Assembly: GCA_965215015.1 (NCBI GenBank)
Contig: OZ244042.1
Span: 1,120,001-1,184,000, forward strand
Direction of reading: 5' to 3'
Origin: Candidatus Poribacteria bacterium
Lineage (GTDB): Bacteria; Poribacteria; WGA-4E; PCPOR2b
DNA: 64,000 bases
The notes under the pieces were generated by a model. That model was not told the origin of the DNA. It ran no database searches and was given only the letters and a program-made list of their open reading frames with translations. The position numbers and the translations under genes are program-made. Positions 32,663-41,831 of the stretch are shown piece after piece. How positions within the stretch are numbered: position 1 is the first letter of the stretch; every line of letters starts with the position of its first letter.

Positions 32663-34900
32663 TTGGCAATGCTAAAGCGTTTAATCATATACAGGGACTC
32701 TCTGTTTTTCCAACCGCTATCTAATCAAAAACTACAAATGGTTAAGGGACTCATCTCTTTACTTATTCTTTCAATCTTAATTCCAACAAATCTCTTCGCC
32801 GAAGAAGATTTGCTTATCAAGATTTCCGAAAGTTCTAATCGACACCTCCAGTTTCTGCAAGCCCATCATAAGGTCAAGTTACGCTACCGCACACGCGATT
32901 TTGCTATCATTCAGGTCCCGTTGAATTCCGGCTCCATCGGGGCGAGTCAGAATGTGTTGACCGAGCTGCCAGACCCACAAATTTTAGATACAGTTACGCA
33001 CGGTTTTAACTATTATGTTCTTTGGCTCCCCTCAGCGGAAGAGCGAGCGGCAATTGAGGTGTATGGAGAAATTCTACACCAGTTCGGTGGATTTTCCCTG
33101 CTCAAGTTGCACACCAATCTTGAATCTGTCCTGTTAGACCTGCCTATACATCAACGTGCGAAATTGCCCGTCAATATTGTTCTGCCCGAATTCCAGCCGC
33201 CCTCATTCGCACCAAGTATACCGGCCTCGCCACAGCAGCAATCAGTGATTCAAGGTCTGCTCAATCAGGCGGATGGCCTCCGATGGCTTTGGCAGACTAT
33301 TACCCTCGTTGAGAATGAGGACCTCCAGCGGCCGGGGCAGTTTTTCCGAAGCCGGTACGCCCTCCGAGTCCGCGATGCTGTTCAATTTGATGACAATCCG
33401 AAACCCGATCACGCCTGCGATAACTCCGCAGAGTACATCGCCCAACAGTTTCGCAGCTACGGTCTAGAAGTCGAATTTGACCCCTTTGACCACCGGCGTC
33501 GATCCGCACTTGGGGCGTTAATTGGCGAATACGTCATGCGGAATGTGGTCGCCACGCTACCGGGTAAGGGACCCAACAAACATCGAATCTACCTGATGGT
33601 GGGGCATTATGACAGCATCGCTTCCAAGACCCCCGGTTGGGACGGGGGGTGGAGAAGGATGGCAGCCCCGGGGGCTTCCGACAACGCGTCAGGCATCGCC
33701 GAAATGCTGGAGACGGCGCGCATTCTCAGTCAACAAGACTTTGACTTCACCATTCGATTTGTCGCTTTTTCGGGAGAAGAGCTGTTTCTATTCGGAAGCA
33801 AACACTATGCACAGTTGGTTCAGGAGCGCGGAGATGACATCGCCGGCGTCATGAACTTCGATCTCCTAGGACATGACCCGGACGGGAACTTAGATATCCA
33901 TGTGCTTGGCGATGAGCAGTCACAATGGCTCGTCAACGCTTTCGGCACCGCTGCAGAACGATACAAACTGCCAATCGATCTGCGCCTGAAAAACGACCCC
34001 AGTTTTATCTTCAGCGATCATTCCCCATTTTGGGACCTCGGTATCCCAGCGGTGATGGTAGCGGAGGAATCATCCCTCGATATGCCGGACGAATCAACTG
34101 AATATATCCACAGCCAAGAGGATGACCTGACAAAAATCTCGATACCACTGTTGGGGGAATTGGCTATCAAGTTAGCCGTGGCGACCCTCGCCGAACTCGC
34201 TCGCCCCATCGTTGGGCCAGGCGATCCGCTTAATCCTGACCTCTTTTGGGAATCCGAAGGAATCAGCGTTTCCAATCCCTCTCCTACTAAAGGGGATGAA
34301 ATTACAATCACCGCGGATGTGATAAACGCAGGACCCGGCCCCGTTGAAAACATCACAGTGCAGTTTATCGTTGTCAACCCCGACGGAACCGCCGACACCC
34401 TACCCGAACAAAGCGTAGACCTGAGTGTCAATCAACCGAAAACGGTCACCGATCGCTTCACACCAGCCACTTGGGGCATCCTTACCCTCCGTGCCCTAGT
34501 GAACGACGATGCGCGTGTCTTTGAGTCCAATTTCAACAACAATCAGATCGAAACCGAATTGACGGTGGCGAACCCGCGCGTAACAATCGAACATATCATC
34601 GCTTACCCCAATCCGCTCCGTCTCAATCAGCAAGGGGCTACCAAGTTGACGTATGTGCTAAGTCGTGATGCAGAGGTCGTTATCTCCATTTACGACGCCG
34701 TCGGTGAGCAGATCCTTGAAAGTGCATTTCTCGCGGGAGACAACGGCGGGCGATTGGGCGCAAATGACGCCTTTACTTGGGAAGGCAGACGGAACTTTTT
34801 TGATCTTGTCACGCCCGGCGTCTACATCTGCCGAATCACCGCAACCGATGCAGATGGTGAATCACAGACAAAAGGCACAAAAATCGCTGTGATTCGGTAG
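32663..34900 (+). CDS. Secreted M28 metallopeptidase with CARDB and FlgD/T9SS-like C-terminal domain (likely start 32738)
   Basis: GHYDS, GASDNASG, FSGEE, SDHSPF; VFESNFNNN (CARDB); AYPNP...IYD..G...W.GR...GVY. Confidence 0.85.
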   Translation: MAMLKRLIIYRDSLFFQPLSNQKLQMVKGLISLLILSILIPTNLFAEEDLLIKISESSNRHLQFLQAHHKVKLRYRTRDFAIIQVPLNSGSIGASQNVLTELPDPQILDTVTHGFNYYVLWLPSAEERAAIEVYGEILHQFGGFSLLKLHTNLESVLLDLPIHQRAKLPVNIVLPEFQPPSFAPSIPASPQQQSVIQGLLNQADGLRWLWQTITLVENEDLQRPGQFFRSRYALRVRDAVQFDDNPKPDHACDNSAEYIAQQFRSYGLEVEFDPFDHRRRSALGALIGEYVMRNVVATLPGKGPNKHRIYLMVGHYDSIASKTPGWDGGWRRMAAPGASDNASGIAEMLETARILSQQDFDFTIRFVAFSGEELFLFGSKHYAQLVQERGDDIAGVMNFDLLGHDPDGNLDIHVLGDEQSQWLVNAFGTAAERYKLPIDLRLKNDPSFIFSDHSPFWDLGIPAVMVAEESSLDMPDESTEYIHSQEDDLTKISIPLLGELAIKLAVATLAELARPIVGPGDPLNPDLFWESEGISVSNPSPTKGDEITITADVINAGPGPVENITVQFIVVNPDGTADTLPEQSVDLSVNQPKTVTDRFTPATWGILTLRALVNDDARVFESNFNNNQIETELTVANPRVTIEHIIAYPNPLRLNQQGATKLTYVLSRDAEVVISIYDAVGEQILESAFLAGDNGGRLGANDAFTWEGRRNFFDLVTPGVYICRITATDADGESQTKGTKIAVIR

Positions 34901-34928
34901 GTTTCGGTCAAGAGGCAAGGGAGAAAAA

Positions 34929-36068
34929 ATGCACACAACACCCAATCGACAAACCACTCCCAAGCACGTTCTCATCAGCGTTGCCGGACTTTCACCGCAG
35001 GTCATCACGGAAACCCTCTACCACTACTGGTGCCTCGTTTCACCGCCCGTCCCAATCACCGAAGTTTTTGCCTTGACCACATTACGTAGCAAGCAAGCTG
35101 TGGAGGATACACTTCTCGGAGATAACGGGAAGCTTAAAGCCCTTTGCAACGACTACAACCTGCCACCAATCCATCTCGATATAGCGAATGTTCATCTCCT
35201 GAAGGGGGCGCACGGGCAGCCACTAAAAGACATTTCAAGTGTGATCGACAATGAAGCCCTCGCAGACCAGATTTTTAGCTTCGTGCGAAAGTTAGCTACT
35301 TCGACCGATATCTGTCTCCACGCCTCTATCGCAGGGGGGCGCAAAACCATGGGGCTTTATCTCGGCTTGGCGATGCAATTTTACGGCAAACCGGGCGATA
35401 CCCTTTCTCATGTCCTCGTGAATCCTGAACTTGAAAATCAGGAGTTTTTCTATCCACCGCCAAACGGTGCCGAGGTCGTTTTGAGGGATGGACGTACAAT
35501 TCCCGCAAATCAGGTTCGGCTTGAGCTTGCCGAAATCCCACTGCTGCTACTTAGGGAGAAAATCCCTTTTCTCAAGGGACACACTGACGCTAGCTACACG
35601 GAGTTAATCGAAATTGCTCAACGGGAGTATAATGCGTTGCAAGCGATTTTCCCTGTCGTTGTTGATACATGCTCCCGTTGCTTAGAAATTGGAGAGATCA
35701 CCATCAAGCTCACACCCCTTGAACTCGGGCTCTACCTGTTTTTTGCACGGCAGCATCTAGAGCATAAAGGTGAAGGCAGATACTCTATTTCACGTTCTGA
35801 AATCCGGGACGGGGTTCTAACGGACGCGCTTAGGAGTACTATACCTCAAATTCACGTACGAGACCTTCGCCTAGAGGAATTGAAAGGTTGGGACAGCGAT
35901 CCGACTAACCGCTTTTCGCAAACCCGATCCAATATCAATAGAAAAATTAGAGAGGGGTTGGCTAACACTGAGTCTGCTCACTATCAAATTCAATCTTGGG
36001 GTACAGACAATATCTATTACGGGTTGACACTTGCCAAAGACCGCCTCTACCTCCAACAGCACGCATAG
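34929..36068 (+). CDS. CRISPR-associated CARF protein of the NE0113 ('Csm6'/ring-nuclease-annotated) family with C-terminal winged HTH
   Basis: GLSPQVITETL, FALTT, SIAGGRKTM and LSHVLV CARF motifs; C-terminal 'LTP.EL.LY.FF...SQTRSNINRKI...YYGL' is wHTH-like; adjacent to cas10. Confidence 0.85.
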   Translation: MHTTPNRQTTPKHVLISVAGLSPQVITETLYHYWCLVSPPVPITEVFALTTLRSKQAVEDTLLGDNGKLKALCNDYNLPPIHLDIANVHLLKGAHGQPLKDISSVIDNEALADQIFSFVRKLATSTDICLHASIAGGRKTMGLYLGLAMQFYGKPGDTLSHVLVNPELENQEFFYPPPNGAEVVLRDGRTIPANQVRLELAEIPLLLLREKIPFLKGHTDASYTELIEIAQREYNALQAIFPVVVDTCSRCLEIGEITIKLTPLELGLYLFFARQHLEHKGEGRYSISRSEIRDGVLTDALRSTIPQIHVRDLRLEELKGWDSDPTNRFSQTRSNINRKIREGLANTESAHYQIQSWGTDNIYYGLTLAKDRLYLQQHA

Positions 36069-36108
36069 GATACGCGCATGTTAAGGAATCATGCACAACC
36101 CCTAAGAA

Positions 36109-36227
36109 CCCCCCTCGGTCCCCCCGCAAGCAGGGGGAAGAGAACCGTGTGGGTATTCGGGGTTATGGGGGTATCCCAAAGAACTCTACCTCCCAAGCCC
36201 CCCTCGGTCCCCCCGCAGGCGGGGGGA
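36109..36227. repeat. Tandem GC-rich hairpin repeats (CCCCCCTCGGTCCCCCCGCAAGC.GGGGGA)
   Basis: Copies at 36109 and 36198; related copies at 41559 and, inverted, near 12565. Confidence 0.65.
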
Positions 36228-36312
36228 AGAGCGCAAGCGGAGGGGAATGGGTTACCCCTAAAGGATTTTTGATAAAAACTGAGTTGCTACGATAAAAATT
36301 GAATTGTTATCC

Positions 36313-36341
36313 TTGAAAGTGCTCAGAACGAGAGATATACT
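36313..36341 (+). promoter_or_regulatory. Putative promoter of the cas10-csm operon
   Basis: TTGAAA-17 bp-TATACT about 35 bp upstream of the ATG at 36376. Confidence 0.55.
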
Positions 36342-36375
36342 TATGCCAAAATCTCAAATCTCAAGAGGTGACCGT

Positions 36376-38688
36376 ATGCTCCAAGACATTGAACGCTTAC
36401 AGCTTGCCGCCCTGCTCCACGACATCGGGAAATTTCGGCAACGGACGATTGCAACACCTCCCTTTCGCCCTCATGAAAGGCACGGTTGGGAGTTTGTAAC
36501 AGCAGACTTTAGAGGCTTCTTTCACCCATGCGGCGATGATTTGGGCGATGCGATTCTAAACCACCATTCTAGGCAAAAAAAGGAGATTGAAAAACAGGTA
36601 ACCTTGGCAGACCGGCTCTCCGCCAAGGAGCGCGAGACCGAACAGCGCGAGCAGGAGAAACCTTCCGACGCCGCGTTGGTCTCGATTATGTCGCGTTTAC
36701 AAGTCCCTGACACACCGCGACCAACAACGGAATTGCGATATGATCTCAATCCATTAGACATCCGCCGAGAGACTATTTTTCCAACAGAGGAAGGCTCTGT
36801 TGACCCGGGCCGGTACGAGGAGCTCTGGGGAGAGTTCAGTCGAGAGCTGCAGCGATTGGCGGCTGAACGAGGCTATCAGTCTGTGGACTATCAAACGCTT
36901 GTCGCGCTCCTGCACAAATACACCGCCCGTATGCCTTCTGCGCCCCAGTGGGAGAGAGGAACCGAGCAGACTATTCCCGATGTGTCGCTCTACGATCACC
37001 TCCGCACAACGGCGGCAATCGCAGCGTGTGTCCATCGGGAAATTGCCCCCGATGATTTGAATGGCTACCTCAACCGGTTTCCTGAACAACCTTTATGCAC
37101 CTTGCTCAAAGGCGATATTTCAGGGCTCCAGAATTTCCTCTACCGGATTGAGTCGGAAGGCGCATCGCGGGAGTTGCGCGGGCGGTCGTTCTACCTTCAA
37201 CTGTTGACGGAGGCGATTGCACAGTGGATCTTGCGGCGATTTGACCTACCGATAACGAATCTGCTACTTGCAACCGGTGGGCACTTCTACCTGCTTTTGC
37301 CCCATAGAAAGGCTACGGAGGAGATCGACGCGCTCCACTCCGAGATTGCCGAAAAACTGTGGGGGGCACATCGGGAAGAACTTTCGGTTCTTCTGGCGGG
37401 TGTCCCTGTAACAGCGAAAAATTTCGAGAAATTTTCCAGTAAATGGGACTCAGTTTCAGCGGAAGTCAACCGGCGGAAGCAGACGAAGTGGCGGGAGCTA
37501 GCGACGGAGAAGATGTTTGACCTCTTTTTCACACCTCGCAACGAACGGGAAACAGAGGACTACGGATTCCCGGAACTTGGGAGGCAATTACGGGATGTCA
37601 AATATCTTGTCGCCTTTGAGATTCCTGAGCAACCGATTTCCGATAGACCGGATTGGCGTGAAGTCATCAGCAGCTTTGGGTTAGAGATTCACCTCGTCGA
37701 CAAACCGGAAGACAAGCCGCCTCCGCCCCGTGACACAACCTGTGCAACGGTATATCGGCTCGATTCAACCGATTTTCTTTCTGACGAAATTCTCGAAAGC
37801 TTCCGATGGGGAAACCTCCCCGTGAGCTACGATTTCCGCCTCCTGCCGCAGGTCATCCCACGCAGACCGGATAGCGATGCGGTGGCAGACTTCGACCAAC
37901 TCGCCGACGCGTCGGAAGGGACAAAGTGGCTCGGCGTGTTGCGGATGGATGTAGACAATCTCGGGAGGTTGTTCAAGGACGGGCTTGGCGAGAGTGCGAC
38001 AATTTCGCGGATGTCCACGTTGAGCGAATCGGTGCGGCTCTTCTTTGAAGGCTACGTCCCGAAACTCTGCCGCGATTACAACCACCGTCGCACGCCTGAA
38101 ATTTTGGAGTTAATCTACGCAGGCGGCGACGACCTTTTTCTCGTCGGTGGGTGGAGTGCCCTCCCCCAAATCGCACGACAGATTCGGGACGAATTTCGTG
38201 AATTTGTCGGCGGCGGGCATGTCACCCTTTCGGGGGGCATCGCGATCGAGCATAAAAAGTACCCGCTCTACCAATTGGCGAGCGACGCCGGCAACGCGCT
38301 TGATGATAACGCAAAAGAGTTACGGAAAGAGAAGGACGCCCTTAGCTTCCTGCAAAAACCGATGCCTTGGGAAGAGTTCAACCAGGTCGACGAGTGGCAT
38401 AAACGACTGTTTGACGCAGTCAGTAGTGAAAAGCCGTTGCCAAGCGGATTCCTTACACGCTTGAGCGAGATCTACCATCTCTACGAGAGCGACAAAGAGA
38501 GCCACAGCAAATGGGCTTGGCGGCTCATTTATCATCTGAGTCGTGCCAAGCAGATGTACAGAAGTCATACCGACCTGATTGACGACCTGCGTCGAGGGTT
38601 GGTTCGCAATCACAGTGAAGAAGGTGAACTCCTTAAATTTCTCCGCGTCATCGTACGTTGGACAACTTTACAAACAAGGGAGGATTAA
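36376..38688 (+). CDS. cas10: Type III-A Cas10/Csm1
   Basis: HD nuclease motif LLHDIGKF, VSLYDH, LRGRSF, LRMDVDNLG, intact palm YAGGDD; AGAGGTG RBS before the ATG at 36376. Confidence 0.97.
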   Translation: MLQDIERLQLAALLHDIGKFRQRTIATPPFRPHERHGWEFVTADFRGFFHPCGDDLGDAILNHHSRQKKEIEKQVTLADRLSAKERETEQREQEKPSDAALVSIMSRLQVPDTPRPTTELRYDLNPLDIRRETIFPTEEGSVDPGRYEELWGEFSRELQRLAAERGYQSVDYQTLVALLHKYTARMPSAPQWERGTEQTIPDVSLYDHLRTTAAIAACVHREIAPDDLNGYLNRFPEQPLCTLLKGDISGLQNFLYRIESEGASRELRGRSFYLQLLTEAIAQWILRRFDLPITNLLLATGGHFYLLLPHRKATEEIDALHSEIAEKLWGAHREELSVLLAGVPVTAKNFEKFSSKWDSVSAEVNRRKQTKWRELATEKMFDLFFTPRNERETEDYGFPELGRQLRDVKYLVAFEIPEQPISDRPDWREVISSFGLEIHLVDKPEDKPPPPRDTTCATVYRLDSTDFLSDEILESFRWGNLPVSYDFRLLPQVIPRRPDSDAVADFDQLADASEGTKWLGVLRMDVDNLGRLFKDGLGESATISRMSTLSESVRLFFEGYVPKLCRDYNHRRTPEILELIYAGGDDLFLVGGWSALPQIARQIRDEFREFVGGGHVTLSGGIAIEHKKYPLYQLASDAGNALDDNAKELRKEKDALSFLQKPMPWEEFNQVDEWHKRLFDAVSSEKPLPSGFLTRLSEIYHLYESDKESHSKWAWRLIYHLSRAKQMYRSHTDLIDDLRRGLVRNHSEEGELLKFLRVIVRWTTLQTRED

Positions 38689-38689
38689 G

Positions 38690-39100
38690 ATGGGACAACA
38701 TCACAGAGGTAATCGCAATTCTCAACAGGGGCGCAATAGCGGTTCTACGAGAGACAAACTGGATGCCAGAGTTATCACTGAAGGTGGTGAAATTTTGGTA
38801 AAAGAGGCAGAGCAGCGTGGGCGGCAACTCGCGAAGGGGTTGACAACATCTCAGATTCGCAATATCTACAGTGCGGTCAAGAAGATGCAGATGAAGGGCG
38901 AACTTGACACACACAAGCTCTTGATGCTCAAGCCGAAGCTCGCATACGCCGCAAAGCGACACGGCGGAGGTGTCAATACGCTGAAGGATGTTCTGACACA
39001 GGCAATTGATCTTGTGGGAAGCGATTCAAAGAAATTCAATCGGTTTGTCGATTTCTTTGAGGCAATTTTAGCGTATCACAAATTCCACGGTGGAAATTAA
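38690..39100 (+). CDS. csm2: Type III-A small subunit Csm2
   Basis: LTTSQIRNIY, LKPKLAYAA.R, FFEAILAYHK; GGAGG RBS. Confidence 0.95.
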   Translation: MGQHHRGNRNSQQGRNSGSTRDKLDARVITEGGEILVKEAEQRGRQLAKGLTTSQIRNIYSAVKKMQMKGELDTHKLLMLKPKLAYAAKRHGGGVNTLKDVLTQAIDLVGSDSKKFNRFVDFFEAILAYHKFHGGN

Positions 39101-39111
39101 GGAGGAGCGAA

Positions 39112-39942
39112 ATGGCAAGCATTCAACTACAAGGGAAGATCTTTATCACAGGTGAAATTGAAGCGACGACAGGACTACACATCGGTGGAAGCGCGGGTGA
39201 GTTGGACATCGGCGGTGTGGATAACCCCGTCATCCGAAACCCGCTCACGCGTGAGCCGTACATCCCCGGTTCATCGCTGCGCGGCAAGATGCGATCTCTG
39301 CTTGACCGGCACCTCGACCGACCCCTGAATAAACCTATCCGTCGGGGTCGCCCACAGGTTCGCGTCCACGAGTGCAATAGGTTGGCTGACTACAAGGACT
39401 GTTCGGTTTGTCAAGTATTCGGTATCGCTCCAAACCGCGACATGGACGACACGATGCCCACGCGTCTGATTGTCCGCGACGCGCTTCTGACCCCTGAAGC
39501 GAGGGAGCGTTTTGACCAAATTGACACCGATATGCCGTATACAGAGGTCAAAACCGAGGTTGCAATTGACCGCATCACTTCGGCGGCAACGCCACGCCAG
39601 AGCGAACGTGTGCCCGCAGAGGCAACCTTCGGTCCGATGGAGATGATCTATAGTCTCTACACTCTCGACACCGATTCCAAGGGAGGCGTTGACCGTGAAA
39701 TCGCACTTTTTGACGCGGTGTTGATGGGCATGGAACTGCTCGAAGATGATTATCTCGGTGGCTCCGGGTCACGCGGCTCAGGGAAAATTGCCTTCCGTGA
39801 TTTGGAGATGACCTTCAAATCCCGAAAGCATTACGAAGCCCCCCAGTCGGCCCCTGTTACCACCCTTGCCGACGGGGATGGTGTTGCGGCATTGCGGAAG
39901 GCGAATTACCGTAGCCAGATTTTAAGCGCAATCCAGGCGTAG
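39112..39942 (+). CDS. csm3: Type III-A Csm3 (Cas7)
   Basis: TGLHIG, IGGVDNPVIR (catalytic Asp), PYIPGSSLRGKMR, YLGGSGSRGSG. Confidence 0.96.
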   Translation: MASIQLQGKIFITGEIEATTGLHIGGSAGELDIGGVDNPVIRNPLTREPYIPGSSLRGKMRSLLDRHLDRPLNKPIRRGRPQVRVHECNRLADYKDCSVCQVFGIAPNRDMDDTMPTRLIVRDALLTPEARERFDQIDTDMPYTEVKTEVAIDRITSAATPRQSERVPAEATFGPMEMIYSLYTLDTDSKGGVDREIALFDAVLMGMELLEDDYLGGSGSRGSGKIAFRDLEMTFKSRKHYEAPQSAPVTTLADGDGVAALRKANYRSQILSAIQA

Positions 39943-39952
39943 GGAGGGGATC

Positions 39953-40933
39953 ATGTTAAAACATGTCACCTACCATCTTAACTTTCGCTCGTCCCTCCAT
40001 CTCGGTCGGCGCGGGGTTGGGTTGGAGGAAACCAAGATCTCAATCCCAGCGGACACCCTCTTTTCAGCAATCTGTCAGACGTGGCGGACCTTTTACGGGG
40101 AGGAATGTCTCACCGAATTTTTGGCTCAGTACAAAACGGGTGAACCGTTTCTGTTGACCTCTGCCTTTCCCTTTGCGGGCGATATCAGATTCTTCCCCAA
40201 GCCGCTAATCGATCTCAAGGTTCATGCGGACGATAATCGCAAAAAACTCAAGAAGGTTCGCTACCTCTCCGAGAGACGTTTTCGTCAAATTGTCAACGAT
40301 GATTCGATTGCGTTTGAATCCAATGACTTCATCAACGACGGACAACTCTGGATTCACGACGATGAACGGGCACAATTTCAAGATAATCCCATCGTTTGGA
40401 AACCTGATAAGAGGCCTCGTGTAACCGTTGACCGTCAATCGTCCGCATCGGAAATTTGGTACTTAGGAAATGTTAAGTTTAGCGAAGGATGTGGGTTGTG
40501 GTTCGATGCGAAATTTGAGGCAGAGGAGACCCAAACGCGAATCGAAACAATCCTCCGTGTACTCGGTGATACGGGCATCGGTGGTGAGCGGAGTGCAGGA
40601 TACGGTATCTTTGACCTCCATAGTAAACCAGCCGAGATTGAATCAGACCGAGAGATGGATCGGTTTGTTACACTCTCACCGGTCTGCCCCCGAGATGCCA
40701 ATGAGTTGAACCGACTCATCCAAGGCGATGTCGGTTATATGTTGGAGGAGCGCTCCGGTTGGATCGGTTCTGCTGAGGGGAGCCACCTACGTCGTCAACA
40801 GGTCTGGATGTTTGCGGAAGGCTCCGTATTGAGTGGGAATGGTAGGCGAGTAGGTCGTCTGGTGGACCTGAAACCCGATCCGTGTCCCCATCCGGTCTGG
40901 CGATACGCCTACGCATGGCCCCTAAAGATTTGA
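39953..40933 (+). CDS. csm4: Type III-A Csm4 (Cas5)
   Basis: LHLG, ADTLFSA, LTSAFP, LGDTGIGGERSAGYG, MFAEGSV, HPVWRY. Confidence 0.95.
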   Translation: MLKHVTYHLNFRSSLHLGRRGVGLEETKISIPADTLFSAICQTWRTFYGEECLTEFLAQYKTGEPFLLTSAFPFAGDIRFFPKPLIDLKVHADDNRKKLKKVRYLSERRFRQIVNDDSIAFESNDFINDGQLWIHDDERAQFQDNPIVWKPDKRPRVTVDRQSSASEIWYLGNVKFSEGCGLWFDAKFEAEETQTRIETILRVLGDTGIGGERSAGYGIFDLHSKPAEIESDREMDRFVTLSPVCPRDANELNRLIQGDVGYMLEERSGWIGSAEGSHLRRQQVWMFAEGSVLSGNGRRVGRLVDLKPDPCPHPVWRYAYAWPLKI

Positions 40934-40980
40934 CGTACTTCCACCCCTAAAGGATTTTTGATAAATGCGGGAGGCTCATA

Positions 40981-41453
40981 AAGTCGTAGGCACGATTCGC
41001 GTGCCGTAAACCCCACAACGTTATGGCATATGGCTTGACTAAGACGCAACTGCCATTAAATTCCCAACCCCGTCGGCGGGTGCTGCATCTGCGATTCAGA
41101 TAATTATTATGAACACGCCTCATGTATGTAGTAGGGTGATTAATCACCTGTTGTGACGCGCAATGAATTGCGCTACTACAAACTGAAAAAAGTGGTAAGC
41201 ACGATTCGCGTGCCGCAAACCCCACAACGTTATGGCATATGGCTTGACTAAGACGCAACTGCTATTCAACTCCCAACTCTGTCGGCGGATGGTGGATCTA
41301 CGATTCAGATAATTTTATGAACACGCCTCATGTATGTAGTAGGGTGATTAATCACCCGTTGTGACGCGCAATGAACGCGCTACTACAAACTGAAAAAAGT
41401 GGTAAGCACGATCTGCGTGCCGCAAACCCCACAACGTTATGGCATATGGCTTG
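40981..41453. repeat. About 208-bp tandem repeat (2.3 copies) built from REP-like hairpins (BIME-like)
   Basis: GCACGAT..GCGTGCCG.AAACCCCACAACGTTATGGCATATGGCTTG recurs at 40990, 41199 and 41406. Confidence 0.9.
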
Positions 41454-41831
41454 GCTTCATCAGGTTAAACAGTCCCTAATCCAATGATGCAACGGAAACC
41501 TCCGCTCCATTGTTCAAGCTCGTGACCTTCTCGGTTCTCCCTGCAGCGGGGAGAAGAACCCCCCTGTTTCCCCCCGCAAGCGGGGGGACATAGGAGGCAA
41601 AATCTGTGAAATCGAAACTGAAAACGGCGCGGAGGAGCGCAAGTGGGGGACCTCCGTAATCTTAGCGAACCGGTTCTATTTTGTGGAGCTTTGATGGATG
41701 TTTTGCTACTCTTTGCGTATGTCTATAGAATCGCGAGGCCTCTGATGCCTATGCTCCGGAGGAGCACAATGTGTAGGATGCATCAGTTCAATCAACCAAT
41801 GAACTAATGAACCAATACAATCGGGGAAAAT

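Noticed and set aside
32663-34900. M28 peptidase as a type III protease effector
   Set aside because: It has a signal peptide and secretion-type C-terminal domains and no CARF or SAVED sensor, so adjacency alone is insufficient.
40947-41258. 103-aa minus-strand ORF between csm4 and csm5
   Set aside because: It lies wholly in the REP tandem repeat and has no recognisable motifs.
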